A stretch of DNA of 64,000 bases from Candidatus Uhrbacteria bacterium CG_4_9_14_3_um_filter_41_35 (lineage in GTDB: Bacteria > Patescibacteriota > Patescibacteriia > UBA9934): assembly GCA_002791275.1 (NCBI GenBank), contig PFWT01000006.1, positions 8,831-72,830 of the forward strand, written 5' to 3'. Positions 51,326 through 61,121 of the stretch are shown here, one piece after another (position 1 is the first letter of the stretch; every line of letters begins with the position of its first letter). The notes under the pieces were generated by a model, which saw only the letters and a list, made by a program, of their open reading frames with translations, was not told the origin of the DNA and searched no databases. The position numbers and the translations under genes are program-made.

Positions 51326-53203
51326 ATGGAAAACAAGAAACCAGTACAGCCTAAACACACACCAGGGGATAACAATAAGCCAACTACCCCACCAACACGA
51401 CGGCCACTTGCAAGACGGCCAAATAGTCGGCAGAACGTTCGGTCAACCGTAAGGTCAACCGGCGATCACAGAACAATCGTAAAACAACCTCATACTAAAA
51501 CTCAAACTAAAACCTACACCACTCCAACAGGAGACAAGGTGCGCGTTATTGTTTTGGGTGGTTTAGAAGAAGTTGGTCGTAACTGTACCTTAATTGAGTA
51601 TAAAAACGATATCATTATCATTGACCTTGGGCTTCAATTCCCAGACGAAGGTATGCCCGGAGTTGATTACATTATTCCAAACATGAGCTACCTAAAGGGT
51701 AAGGAGAAAAATGTCCGCGGAGTTATTATTACTCACGGTCACTACGACCACATTGGAGCTATCCCTCACACTGTGCCATACATTGGTAACCCAACAGTTT
51801 ACGCACTACCAATTGCAGCTGGAATTATTAAGAAGCGTCAAACAGACTTTAAAACTGCCCAGATCAATGTTAAAGACATCACGATCGCAACCGAACTTCA
51901 GCTTGGTGCTTTCAAAGTTCACTTCTTTCACATCAACCACAACATTCCAGATTCTGCTGGTATCGTGGTTGAAACGCCAATGGGAACTATTTGTCACACT
52001 GGTGACTGGAAATTTGACTACCACCCAGTTGGTGCCGCTCCAGCCGATCTTCGAAAGATCGCGCGTGTTGGAGAAGCTGGTGTTGCTCTTCTTATGGGTG
52101 ACTCAACAAACTCAGATAGGCCAGGTCACCAAACCAGCGAACGCGTGATTGGGCTTGAACTTGAGAGGATTTTAGAAAAAGCTGAAGGACGTGTAATTAT
52201 CGCTACTTTTGCTTCCCTACTTTCGAGAGTTAAGCAGATTATGGAGCTTTCTGAAGGCATGGGTAAGAAAGTTGCTCTTGAAGGTTATTCGATGAAAGCT
52301 AACGTTGAAATCGCTCGAGCGCTCGGTTTCATTAAAGTTTCAGACAAAACAATTATTACCACCGAGCAACTCAAAAACTATCCAAACGAAAAGATTGTAG
52401 TTATTTGTACCGGAGCTCAGGGTGAAAAAAATGCCGCGCTTAATCGAATTGCAAACAATGAACATCGCTTTATTAAGCTCGACAGAACAGACACCGTTGT
52501 TTTCTCAAGTTCAGTAATTCCGGGAAATGAACAGTCTGTTCAGAAACTAAAAGACACATTCTATCGAAAGCGAGCCCACGTTATTCACAAAGATATTATG
52601 GATGTGCACGCCGGAGGTCACGCGATGCAGGACGACATTAAGCTAATGCTTTCGCTTTTCACACCTAAATACTACATGCCGATTGAAGGAAATCATTTCC
52701 TACTTCGTGAAAACCAAATGGTAGCACTTTCAATGGGCTGGAAAGAGGAGAATACCTTCGTTGCCGATAATGGTCAGGTGATCGAGATCTGGAAAGACGA
52801 AAAAGGAGAATCTCAGGCTAGAATGACTAACGAGAAAGTCCCAAGCGAATATGTTTTTGTAGATGGTCTTGGCGTTGGTGATGTTTCGCACGTTGTACTT
52901 CGTGATCGAAATGCACTTGCGGACGAGGGAATTGTGGTTGCAATCGTTCAGGTTGAAAAGAAAACCGGAAAGGTTGTTGGAACTGCGGATATCGTAAGTC
53001 GTGGTTTCGTACTCATGAAAGACAATAAGAATTTAATCAATGAAACAAGGGCACTTATTCAAAAAGTCGCCTCAAACAACGATCCAAATTCTGAAATCGA
53101 CCGTGAATACGTGCGAAATCAGGTGCGCGATGAAGTTGGAAAATTCCTCTTCAAGAAAACAGAAAGACGACCTATGATCCTGCCTGTTATTTTGGAAGTA
53201 TAA
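51326..53203 (+). CDS. rnj: Ribonuclease J
   Basis: GGLEEVGRN, THGHYDHIG, HTGDWK, GAQGE, HAGGH, RRPMILPV. Confidence 0.97.
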   Translation: MENKKPVQPKHTPGDNNKPTTPPTRRPLARRPNSRQNVRSTVRSTGDHRTIVKQPHTKTQTKTYTTPTGDKVRVIVLGGLEEVGRNCTLIEYKNDIIIIDLGLQFPDEGMPGVDYIIPNMSYLKGKEKNVRGVIITHGHYDHIGAIPHTVPYIGNPTVYALPIAAGIIKKRQTDFKTAQINVKDITIATELQLGAFKVHFFHINHNIPDSAGIVVETPMGTICHTGDWKFDYHPVGAAPADLRKIARVGEAGVALLMGDSTNSDRPGHQTSERVIGLELERILEKAEGRVIIATFASLLSRVKQIMELSEGMGKKVALEGYSMKANVEIARALGFIKVSDKTIITTEQLKNYPNEKIVVICTGAQGEKNAALNRIANNEHRFIKLDRTDTVVFSSSVIPGNEQSVQKLKDTFYRKRAHVIHKDIMDVHAGGHAMQDDIKLMLSLFTPKYYMPIEGNHFLLRENQMVALSMGWKEENTFVADNGQVIEIWKDEKGESQARMTNEKVPSEYVFVDGLGVGDVSHVVLRDRNALADEGIVVAIVQVEKKTGKVVGTADIVSRGFVLMKDNKNLINETRALIQKVASNNDPNSEIDREYVRNQVRDEVGKFLFKKTERRPMILPVILEV

Positions 53204-53208
53204 GTTAT

Positions 53209-53239
53209 AAAAAAGGAGCTTGAAAAAAGCTCCTTTTTT
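53209..53239 (+). terminator. Intrinsic terminator after rnj
   Basis: AAAAAAGGAGCTT...AAGCTCCTTTTTT. Confidence 0.8.
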
Positions 53240-53255
53240 GTTATCCTAGAGAGGT

Positions 53256-54233
53256 ATGAAAATCCTAACAGGAATCCAACCAACTAATATACTTCACATC
53301 GGAAATTACTTTGGCGCGCTTAAACCAGCTGTTAAATTATCGCAAGAAAATGATCTGTTAATGATGATCGCAGACTATCATGCTATCACCGTTCCTCAAG
53401 ATCCGAAACAATTAAAAGAAAATATTCTGTTTGCCACCGCTGCCTATATTGCAACCGGAATCGATCCCAAAAAAACTGTTCTTTTTCAACAGTCACAGGT
53501 GCCTGAGCACACTGAGCTTGGCTGGATATTGCAAACTCTAACTTATATGGGCGAAGCTGAGCGGATGACTCAGTTTAAAGACAAGTCAGGTGATAATCAG
53601 AAAAGGGTTTCTGTTGGCTTATTCACCTACCCAACCCTAATGGCAGCAGACATTCTCCTCTATAACACCGAAGCTGTGCCGGTTGGTGCCGATCAAAAAC
53701 AACATCTTGAACTAACTCGAGATCTAGCAGAACGCTTCAACCATCAGTTCGGTAAAACGTTTGTTGTGCCTGAGCCTCTGATTCCTGAACATGGGGCAAA
53801 AATTTTATCACTGAACGATCCCTTAAAAAAAATGAGTAAGAGCTCACCTACTGCCAAGAGCTACGTGTCTATTATGGACACGCCGGACGTAATAGTTAAA
53901 AAAATTCGGTCGGCTGTAACCGATTCTGAGCGAACAATTACTGTTGACGACAACCGTCCAGGCTTAAAAAACCTCTTAACAATCCTGCACTTAATTACCG
54001 GTGAGAGTCTAGTCGATATTGCAGGCAGTTATGAAGATAAAGGAATGAAGGAGCTAAAAGATGATCTCGCCGAAGCTTTGGTACTTTATCTTGGTCCACT
54101 TCAGGCGGAAATTAGGGGTTTACTCGAAAATAAAGACGAACTGCAGAAGATTATCGAAATTGGTTCACGAGAGGCGCACAAACTGGCAAATAATCAAATA
54201 AAAATTGTAAAAAATAAGATGGGCTTACTTTAG
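53256..54233 (+). CDS. trpS: Tryptophan-tRNA ligase
   Basis: TGIQPT, HIGNYFGA, YPTLMAADILLY, VPVGADQKQH, KMSKS. Confidence 0.98.
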   Translation: MKILTGIQPTNILHIGNYFGALKPAVKLSQENDLLMMIADYHAITVPQDPKQLKENILFATAAYIATGIDPKKTVLFQQSQVPEHTELGWILQTLTYMGEAERMTQFKDKSGDNQKRVSVGLFTYPTLMAADILLYNTEAVPVGADQKQHLELTRDLAERFNHQFGKTFVVPEPLIPEHGAKILSLNDPLKKMSKSSPTAKSYVSIMDTPDVIVKKIRSAVTDSERTITVDDNRPGLKNLLTILHLITGESLVDIAGSYEDKGMKELKDDLAEALVLYLGPLQAEIRGLLENKDELQKIIEIGSREAHKLANNQIKIVKNKMGLL

Positions 54234-54376
54234 TCCAAAAAAACACAAGTTCAAAAAACTTGTGTTTTTTATATTAATCTAGAATTTTGTTGACAAATAA
54301 CACTATTCTAGCTATATTTTTCTAGTCTAGCATCTCTGCTTGACACCCTCCCTGAAACCCCAAACTTGGAAAGATC

Positions 54377-55057
54377 GTGGAAATTCCCCATCACGACAAC
54401 CACCCCTTGACTCCCACCGAAACAAAGCTCGTAGAAGATGCGCGTCAACAACTCATTGAGCGCATTCAATACGAGCTCCTGGTCCGCAATCCGGATCCTT
54501 TAAGTAAAGAGGCAGAGTGTCTCTACATGATCTATGCGATCGCTTGTGCAGATCGGAGACTACCCATCACCAAGATCACTGCCCTTTGGATCGCCCTTGG
54601 GAAGATCGTTCTTGAGATGGACCAGCAGTTCTGCGCAAATTTCACCGAAGCTTACCGCGAGATGATCTTCAGTCACGAAGGACCAAACACCGGTCCATTT
54701 GTGTCTCAAATTCGCAGTTGGCATCGGGTCGTAGCCCATGCTCGCGTTTTCACGCGAGAAGAACTACTTGAGTACCTGAAGCTCGCCGTACAGCGAGCCA
54801 CGGTCGAGAGTGGGAAGCGCCCCATCCTTTCGGCTATGCTCATGCTCGCCGAGAAGTACGCAACCTGCAACCATACGGTTGCCATCTGGCGGGAAAATCT
54901 CCGCAAGGTTGTGACCACCCCTGACTTCTCTTTCGAGCGTTTTTGCGCCGAAATGATTCCACCAGAAGAGATTCGCGAAAAGGAGGAATGGCGGACAGCA
55001 GCCAATTCGTACTTCGCCAAAAGCTTCAGCGAAACTGAGAACAGCGCGTCAGCCTAA
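54377..55057 (+). CDS. Hypothetical orphan protein (GC-richer)
   Basis: 226-aa ORF with its own TTGACA-17-TATATT promoter and a GC-rich terminator at about 55069-55104. Confidence 0.68.
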   Translation: MEIPHHDNHPLTPTETKLVEDARQQLIERIQYELLVRNPDPLSKEAECLYMIYAIACADRRLPITKITALWIALGKIVLEMDQQFCANFTEAYREMIFSHEGPNTGPFVSQIRSWHRVVAHARVFTREELLEYLKLAVQRATVESGKRPILSAMLMLAEKYATCNHTVAIWRENLRKVVTTPDFSFERFCAEMIPPEEIREKEEWRTAANSYFAKSFSETENSASA

Positions 55058-55113
55058 CTAGGCATCTTACCCTTGCGTCCCCGTGGACGTGAGGGTCTTT
55101 TTTTAAAAAAAGT

Positions 55114-55755
55114 CTATTTCTTAGTTTTTACCACAATTCCAAATTGTAAATATCTGGTATCCGCAAATAGTCCTAGCGTTAAAATATTAATTAAACTAAA
55201 TTTCGAGGAGTCTACATACCCATTCAAACCCTGGATCCTGTCTAAATTAAAACCTAATCTTTCAAACATTTTTATAATACTTTTTTTCGTAAAAAAACGA
55301 ACGTGTGTTCTATCTAAAATACCGGAATCTTCATAGTCCCAGGTTTTTCTAAAAATAAGGTTGATTAAATTATTCAAGAACCGAACGTTTGGTATGGAAG
55401 CAACGATAACTGCATCTTCATTCAAATATTTTTTCAACTCAGTAAGCAAAACCTCGTTTTGCACAATGTGTTCAAGCACATCGTTTAAAATAATTGCATC
55501 AAAAGTTTCGCCAGTAATTTTTGGAAGCGCGCTAAACACATCGCTTATGATCACTTTATCTAAAACCTGCCCCGCTTTAGTGCCAGACACTACATCCATT
55601 TCGATTCCCCAGACTTCAGCCTGTAATTCGTTTTTCAAAATTGAACCAAAGACACCCTCTCCACAACCAATATCCAAGATCTTTTTTGCGGTCCGCGGAA
55701 CAAATTGAAGCATCTCGATTCGAGCATTTATATAATAAGTTTCAGGTTTTTTCAT
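55114..55755 (-). CDS. Class I SAM-dependent methyltransferase (glycan-cluster type)
   Basis: ILDIGCGEG, DVLEH, SIPN, GILDRTHVRFFT. Confidence 0.9.
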   Translation of the reverse strand: MKKPETYYINARIEMLQFVPRTAKKILDIGCGEGVFGSILKNELQAEVWGIEMDVVSGTKAGQVLDKVIISDVFSALPKITGETFDAIILNDVLEHIVQNEVLLTELKKYLNEDAVIVASIPNVRFLNNLINLIFRKTWDYEDSGILDRTHVRFFTKKSIIKMFERLGFNLDRIQGLNGYVDSSKFSLINILTLGLFADTRYLQFGIVVKTKK

Positions 55756-55856
55756 ACAGTCCACAATGTAACATGAAAGCCGATCTTAGCCAATAATTCC
55801 AAGTTTTGATCACTTTTTATATTGACAAAACAGCTAATTAATGATATTCTTTACCC

Positions 55857-56277
55857 GCTTAGAAAATTGGATGATCACTTGAGTATTTATATTCGAGAGG
55901 AAAGTCCGGACACTCCTTATATGGCAACGTATATTGAAAACGAGCGTCGCTAACGGCGACCGGAATATGTATTGGGAATCAAGGAATTGGAGAATCTTTA
56001 AGTCTAACTTAATCATCCCCTGCCTCCTGATTAAATCTAGGGAAAGTGCCACAGAGACAATACTAGCCAAGCCTAGCTTGGTGAAAGGTGAAAAGTTTGG
56101 TGAGGTCGTTTACGGCTACACCGATCGCCCTGCGGTGACGCAGTGGTGTGGTAAACCCGCTTAGGTGCAAGAACAAATTTGGTAGTTTGCTAGAGATATT
56201 TGGCAACAAATATCGCAGATAGATGATCATCGTCCGGCTCCGCCGGATACAAAATCCGGCTTATAGATTTTCTAAGT
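55857..56277 (+). ncRNA. rnpB: RNase P RNA
   Basis: GAGGAAAGTCC, GAAAGTGCCACAG, GGTAAACCC, ACAAAATCCGGCTTA; P1 ends CTTAGAAAAT/ATTTTCTAAG; TTGACA-17-TATTCT promoter and downstream terminator. Confidence 0.96.
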
Positions 56278-56437
56278 GCTAAAACCACTCCGCTATCGCG
56301 GGGTGTTTTTATTTATTTTTTGGCGTTAGACTAGTGCATTAGAATCATTAGTACGAATAAGTTCACAAAATTCTTTTCTATCTTTATGACAATCTTGTAT
56401 TGTCATTTTCCCCCAGTTTGATAAGGTATTTGTATCT

Positions 56438-57850
56438 ATGAAACGGATTGATTTATTTATTACTGTAGTCTTAATCCCACTTGATTATCTTACCCTCCTG
56501 GTTGCCGGATGGTTAGCTTACGCTTTGCGTTTTTCGCCAATATTTGCCAATATTCGACCAGTTACTTTTGACCTGAATTTTACAAACTACATGAGCGCCG
56601 TTTTGCCGTTAGCACTGGTCTGGATTCTGGTATTTGCCGTTGCTGGGCTTTACGCCACTCAACGTCAACGCCTAGCAACTGAACTCACGCGCGTTATTCT
56701 GGCTGTTTCTGCAGGTATTGCTGTTGTCCTAGCGATTGCCTTTTTCTCCCGGGAACTCTTCGACTCCCGTTTTATCGTGCTAGCTGTTTGGTTTATTTCA
56801 ACAGTCTTTGTAATGTTTGAGCGTTTTATTACTAGAACTATTCAAAAAAAACTCTACACTTACGGGATTGGTGTAAATAATATTGTTATCATCGGCACCA
56901 CAGATACCGGTAAAGCCCTGAAAAATTACTTCGACCGCTACCCTCGACTTGGTTACGCTGTCAGTGCGCACTACGCAAACTTTAATAAAGAAACGGAACG
57001 AAGGATTCTGGAACTAAAAGAAACGAATAAGATAAATACTATCTTCGTAGTTGATCCTAACTTCGATCGCGTCACAATTCTAAGGATTAAATCGTTTTCC
57101 GACATTGAACACCTCACCTTTCAGTATTCAGCCGAACTCTTTCCAAGTGCAGCCGTGGTGCCGATTATTCATATGTTTGCCGGTGTTCCAGTTATTGAAG
57201 TCCCCAAAACTCCACTCGACGGCTGGGGAGCAATTTACAAACGCGGGTTTGATATTTTTTTCGCGGCACTTTTAATAATTTTAAGTTTACCAGTTCAAAT
57301 TCCGACAGTTATTTTTCTACTTCTTGAAAAACAAGGCGGTATTCTTTATAAACAAGAACGGGTTGGTCAAGGTGGTAAAACGATTAAATATTTCAAATTC
57401 AGATCAATGATTAAAGACGCGCACCAGCTTCGCTCGAATCCTGATTTTTTAAAAGAGCACGGAAATATGCGCGCAGGTTCACCAATGTTCAAGCTTGAAA
57501 AAGACCCAAGAGTTACCAAAGTTGGCGCCTTCATACGTAAATTTTCGATCGATGAAATTCCAGAGTTTTATTTAGTTCTTATGGGTAGAATGAGTCTTGT
57601 TGGACCGCGCCCTCACTTGCCTGAAGAAGTTCAAAACTATCATCCAGAACAAAAAAAAGTACTCACAATTAAGCCTGGCATTACTGGTCTGGCGCAAATT
57701 AGTGGTCGAGCTAGCTTAGCTTTTGACGAGGAAGTCAGGCTTGATATGTACTACATTGAAAACTGGAGTCCGTGGCTAGATTTTATTGTGTTACTTAAAA
57801 CTCCACTCGTAGTACTCTTACAAACAGGAACCGGCAAAAAACGTCTTTAA
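56438..57850 (+). CDS. Polyprenyl-phosphate sugar (priming) transferase, WcaJ/WbaP family
   Basis: N-terminal TMs; KRGFDI, KFRSM, DPRVTKVG, SIDEIP, MSLVGPRP, KPGITGLAQ, YIENWS. Confidence 0.94.
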   Translation: MKRIDLFITVVLIPLDYLTLLVAGWLAYALRFSPIFANIRPVTFDLNFTNYMSAVLPLALVWILVFAVAGLYATQRQRLATELTRVILAVSAGIAVVLAIAFFSRELFDSRFIVLAVWFISTVFVMFERFITRTIQKKLYTYGIGVNNIVIIGTTDTGKALKNYFDRYPRLGYAVSAHYANFNKETERRILELKETNKINTIFVVDPNFDRVTILRIKSFSDIEHLTFQYSAELFPSAAVVPIIHMFAGVPVIEVPKTPLDGWGAIYKRGFDIFFAALLIILSLPVQIPTVIFLLLEKQGGILYKQERVGQGGKTIKYFKFRSMIKDAHQLRSNPDFLKEHGNMRAGSPMFKLEKDPRVTKVGAFIRKFSIDEIPEFYLVLMGRMSLVGPRPHLPEEVQNYHPEQKKVLTIKPGITGLAQISGRASLAFDEEVRLDMYYIENWSPWLDFIVLLKTPLVVLLQTGTGKKRL

Positions 57851-57960
57851 AGCAACCGCAAAAACCTAGTTTTTGAAACCGTTTCAAAAACAATCTTACG
57901 TTTTCATTCAAGATCAAGCTACTTGATCAATCTAGTTTTTTCTTATAAACTCCACCCATT

Positions 57961-59073
57961 ATGAAGGTTGCCTTGGTTCATGATCATCTCACACAAAACG
58001 GAGGAGCTGAACGTGTTTTAGAAGCCCTGCAGGCCATTTGGCCAGAAGCTCCAACATACACGCTTCTTTATGATGAGAAAAAAATGAAGGGTACTTTTGG
58101 GCATCGTGAGATTCGCACATCTTCGTTACAAAATTTACCATTTGCTATTTCAAAATCCAAATGGTATTTGCCTTTTATGCCAACCGCAACCGAAGGCTAT
58201 GATTTGTCGGGTTTTGATGTGATTATTTCAAGTTCAAGCGCTTTTGCAAAAGGTATTATCCCGCCACCTCACGGTATTCATATTTCATACTGTCATACAC
58301 CAACCCGCTACCTTTGGAGTGACACACATGAATATAGTAAAAATAATATTCCAAAATTACTTCAACCATTTTCGGCGCTTTTATTAACTCATCTCCGAAT
58401 ATGGGACAAACTATCTGCAGACCGTGTTGATTTTTTTATTGCGAATTCAGACACAACAAAACGCCGTATTAGCCGTTACTATCAACATAAAAGTGATGTC
58501 ATTTATCCGCCAGTTGATATAGAACATTTCACCATTAGTCAGAAACCAAAAAATTATTTTCTTATTGGTGGTCGGCTTGTTGCCTACAAGCGCTACGATT
58601 TGGTTATTGATGCCTTTACTCAACTCGGCTTACCACTCAAAGTCTTTGGTGACGGACCAATGGAAAAAGAACTTCGTGCTTCAGCTGGTGATAACGTGGA
58701 GTTTTTAGGGCGCGTTTCAAACGAAGAACGAGCTCGGCTTTTTGCAGAGGCAATAGCCTTTATGCATCCGCAAGAAGAAGATTTCGGTATTACGCCAGTT
58801 GAGTCCATGGCTGCCGGGAGACCAGTGATCGCCTACAATCGTGGCGGTGCAGTTGAGTCTGTTATTGAAGGAAAAACTGGTACACTTTTCAACAAACAAA
58901 CCTGGCAGGAAGTTGCGGACATAGTAATGAATTTTGATCATACAAAATACGATCCGGAAAAAATTCGCAAGCACGCAGAAGAATTCTCAACTACAATTTT
59001 CCGAAAAAATATTTATAATTTCGTGACTGAAAAATGGGAAGATCACAAGCGAAAAATATTAGGTCAACTCTAG
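57961..59073 (+). CDS. GT4 glycosyltransferase
   Basis: VALVHDHL, GGAERV, YCHTPTRY, EDFGITPVESMAAG. Confidence 0.93.
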   Translation: MKVALVHDHLTQNGGAERVLEALQAIWPEAPTYTLLYDEKKMKGTFGHREIRTSSLQNLPFAISKSKWYLPFMPTATEGYDLSGFDVIISSSSAFAKGIIPPPHGIHISYCHTPTRYLWSDTHEYSKNNIPKLLQPFSALLLTHLRIWDKLSADRVDFFIANSDTTKRRISRYYQHKSDVIYPPVDIEHFTISQKPKNYFLIGGRLVAYKRYDLVIDAFTQLGLPLKVFGDGPMEKELRASAGDNVEFLGRVSNEERARLFAEAIAFMHPQEEDFGITPVESMAAGRPVIAYNRGGAVESVIEGKTGTLFNKQTWQEVADIVMNFDHTKYDPEKIRKHAEEFSTTIFRKNIYNFVTEKWEDHKRKILGQL

Positions 59074-59074
59074 T

Positions 59075-60211
59075 ATGAAAATTGGAGTAGACATTCGTCA
59101 TTTAGCCGGCGGAGATCTTTCCGGAGTTGGCTATTATACCGTGAATATCATTAAAGAAATGAGTAAACTCGCACCAAACGACGAGTTTATTTTATTTGCG
59201 TCCGGTACAGCGTCTGCACTGAAAAAAGTGCCTCAGTTTTCAGAAAGCAATATTAAGGTCGTAAAAAAAGATTTGCCGAATAAAATCGTGAGTACCTATA
59301 TGAAATCGCCTTACGGTCCGGCGCTTGAAGACTTTTTGGACGAAAAAATTACAGCTTGGTTTTTCCCAAACATTAATATGATCCGAACAAAACTACCGTA
59401 CGCGCTTACAATGCACGACGTTAGTTTTAGGACAATGCCAGAATTTTTCACTAAAAAAACTAAAGTCTGGCACAGGCTGGCCAATGTAAAAAAACTTTTA
59501 AATGATGCCCAAATAATTTTTTCAGTTTCGGGTAGCACTAACACAGATTTACAAAATATCTGGAGGATTAATTCTAATAAAATAACAATAACCCACCTCG
59601 GAGTTTCGGAAAATTATAACTCGCAATTAAGCTCAGCTGATAAAAATTATTTACGAACATACAAAATAAATTTTCCGTATTTTTTAACACTTTCAACGCT
59701 TGAACCAAGGAAGAATATTGAATCTGTGATTGAAGCCTACGAGATATTTTGCGAAAATTCTAAACAGAATCCTTCCCCTCATTTAATCATCGCTGGTGGC
59801 AGTGGTTGGAAAACCGAGGAAATTATCCGTCTTGCTAGAACTTCAAAATTTAAGAACAATATTCATTTAATCGGTTACGTTGCCGACAAACATAAACCAG
59901 CACTATATCGAAACGCAAATATTTTTTTATTTCCATCTTTTTATGAGGGTTTTGGCTTGCCTGTGCTCGAAGCAATGGCTTGTGGTACACCCGTAATAAC
60001 CAGTTTTACTGGTTCGATGCCGGAAGTTGTTGAAGATTCAGCTATACTAATCGATCCCTATAATGTTTCAGATATTGTGATGGCGCTCGGAATTTTAAAT
60101 GATTCAGAGCTAAGATCAGAGTTAATCGATAAGGGCAAAAAACAATCAGCTAAATTTACTTGGCATAAAACAGCAGAGCAAACGCTTGACAATCTAAGAA
60201 AATTAGGGTAA
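59075..60211 (+). CDS. GT4 glycosyltransferase (mannosyltransferase-like)
   Basis: GVGYY, EPRKN, PSFYEGFGLPVLEAMACG. Confidence 0.93.
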   Translation: MKIGVDIRHLAGGDLSGVGYYTVNIIKEMSKLAPNDEFILFASGTASALKKVPQFSESNIKVVKKDLPNKIVSTYMKSPYGPALEDFLDEKITAWFFPNINMIRTKLPYALTMHDVSFRTMPEFFTKKTKVWHRLANVKKLLNDAQIIFSVSGSTNTDLQNIWRINSNKITITHLGVSENYNSQLSSADKNYLRTYKINFPYFLTLSTLEPRKNIESVIEAYEIFCENSKQNPSPHLIIAGGSGWKTEEIIRLARTSKFKNNIHLIGYVADKHKPALYRNANIFLFPSFYEGFGLPVLEAMACGTPVITSFTGSMPEVVEDSAILIDPYNVSDIVMALGILNDSELRSELIDKGKKQSAKFTWHKTAEQTLDNLRKLG

Positions 60212-60248
60212 TTTTCAGCATTGATCTTTCAACAACAGGAGTAGAAAA

Positions 60249-60938
60249 ATGCAGTTTCAATCTTTGGTTTTCTTTCCGTGTGGCGGTATGGTTCTGATGA
60301 ACGACGAACACGGGTCGCCGATCGGCTGTGTGTTCTCAAGCAAAGACGGGGCAAAAATCATCCTTGGCGCTTGCACTGCAGACACCGACCTTGCCGAGGC
60401 ACAGACAGCTCTCGAAGAAGACTTTGTTGAGATCAATGCCGAGTCCGAGGTTCAGATCTTGGACGCTCCGGAAAGTTCTGCGGTGAACGAACTCTTGATC
60501 GAGGCGTATGAGATGTCCACTTTGAGAGAGTTCAATTTGGACGCACTGCCTCCCGGTAGATTTCATATGTTCGAACTTCGTGTAGTGGGTGATTTTTCAT
60601 TCGCGATCCTGGGCTGGAGAAACCTGCGTGGAGATTTTTATCTCTCGGTCATCTATTCCATCGACCAGATCCGAATCCTCCTGCGGGGTCTTGATTTCGT
60701 AACCGATGACGAGCGAAAGCTCGTTATTGGGACATTGAAGAGAATCGGATTCGCGTCTAAGTCGCGTCGACTTAGACTACTGGCAAAGAGCCAGATTTTC
60801 GGTTACATGTGCTTCGCTCAACTTTTGAAGACAAGCGCAAAAGCCGAGCAAAAGCGTATCGAGGATACTCTAAACAAGGACGCGGGACCAAACCCGTTGT
60901 TCGTAGCCTCGATCATCATACCGGGTATCTCGGAGTAG
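60249..60938 (+). CDS. Hypothetical orphan protein (GC-richer) inserted in the glycan cluster
   Basis: 229-aa ORF with TTGACA-17-TAATTT promoter, AGGAG SD, and terminator AAATGCCACC-TTCT-GGTGGCATTT. Confidence 0.7.
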   Translation: MQFQSLVFFPCGGMVLMNDEHGSPIGCVFSSKDGAKIILGACTADTDLAEAQTALEEDFVEINAESEVQILDAPESSAVNELLIEAYEMSTLREFNLDALPPGRFHMFELRVVGDFSFAILGWRNLRGDFYLSVIYSIDQIRILLRGLDFVTDDERKLVIGTLKRIGFASKSRRLRLLAKSQIFGYMCFAQLLKTSAKAEQKRIEDTLNKDAGPNPLFVASIIIPGISE

Positions 60939-61121
60939 TTTATGACTACAAATGCCACCTTCTGGTGGCATTTTTTTATTTGAAAATTATTTAATTCAAA
61001 TAAATAATTTGTTTATTTTATAAGAATTATTAATTTTTGATTTTGTATAAATTAAGTGCTCAAAACTACAAAATCTTATCCCCTTTTTATTCTGAAGAAA
61101 TCACTTTAAATATGGTAAAAT

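Noticed and set aside
55834-56164. ORFs 55834-56070 and 55934-56164
   Set aside because: They overlap the RNase P RNA gene; spurious
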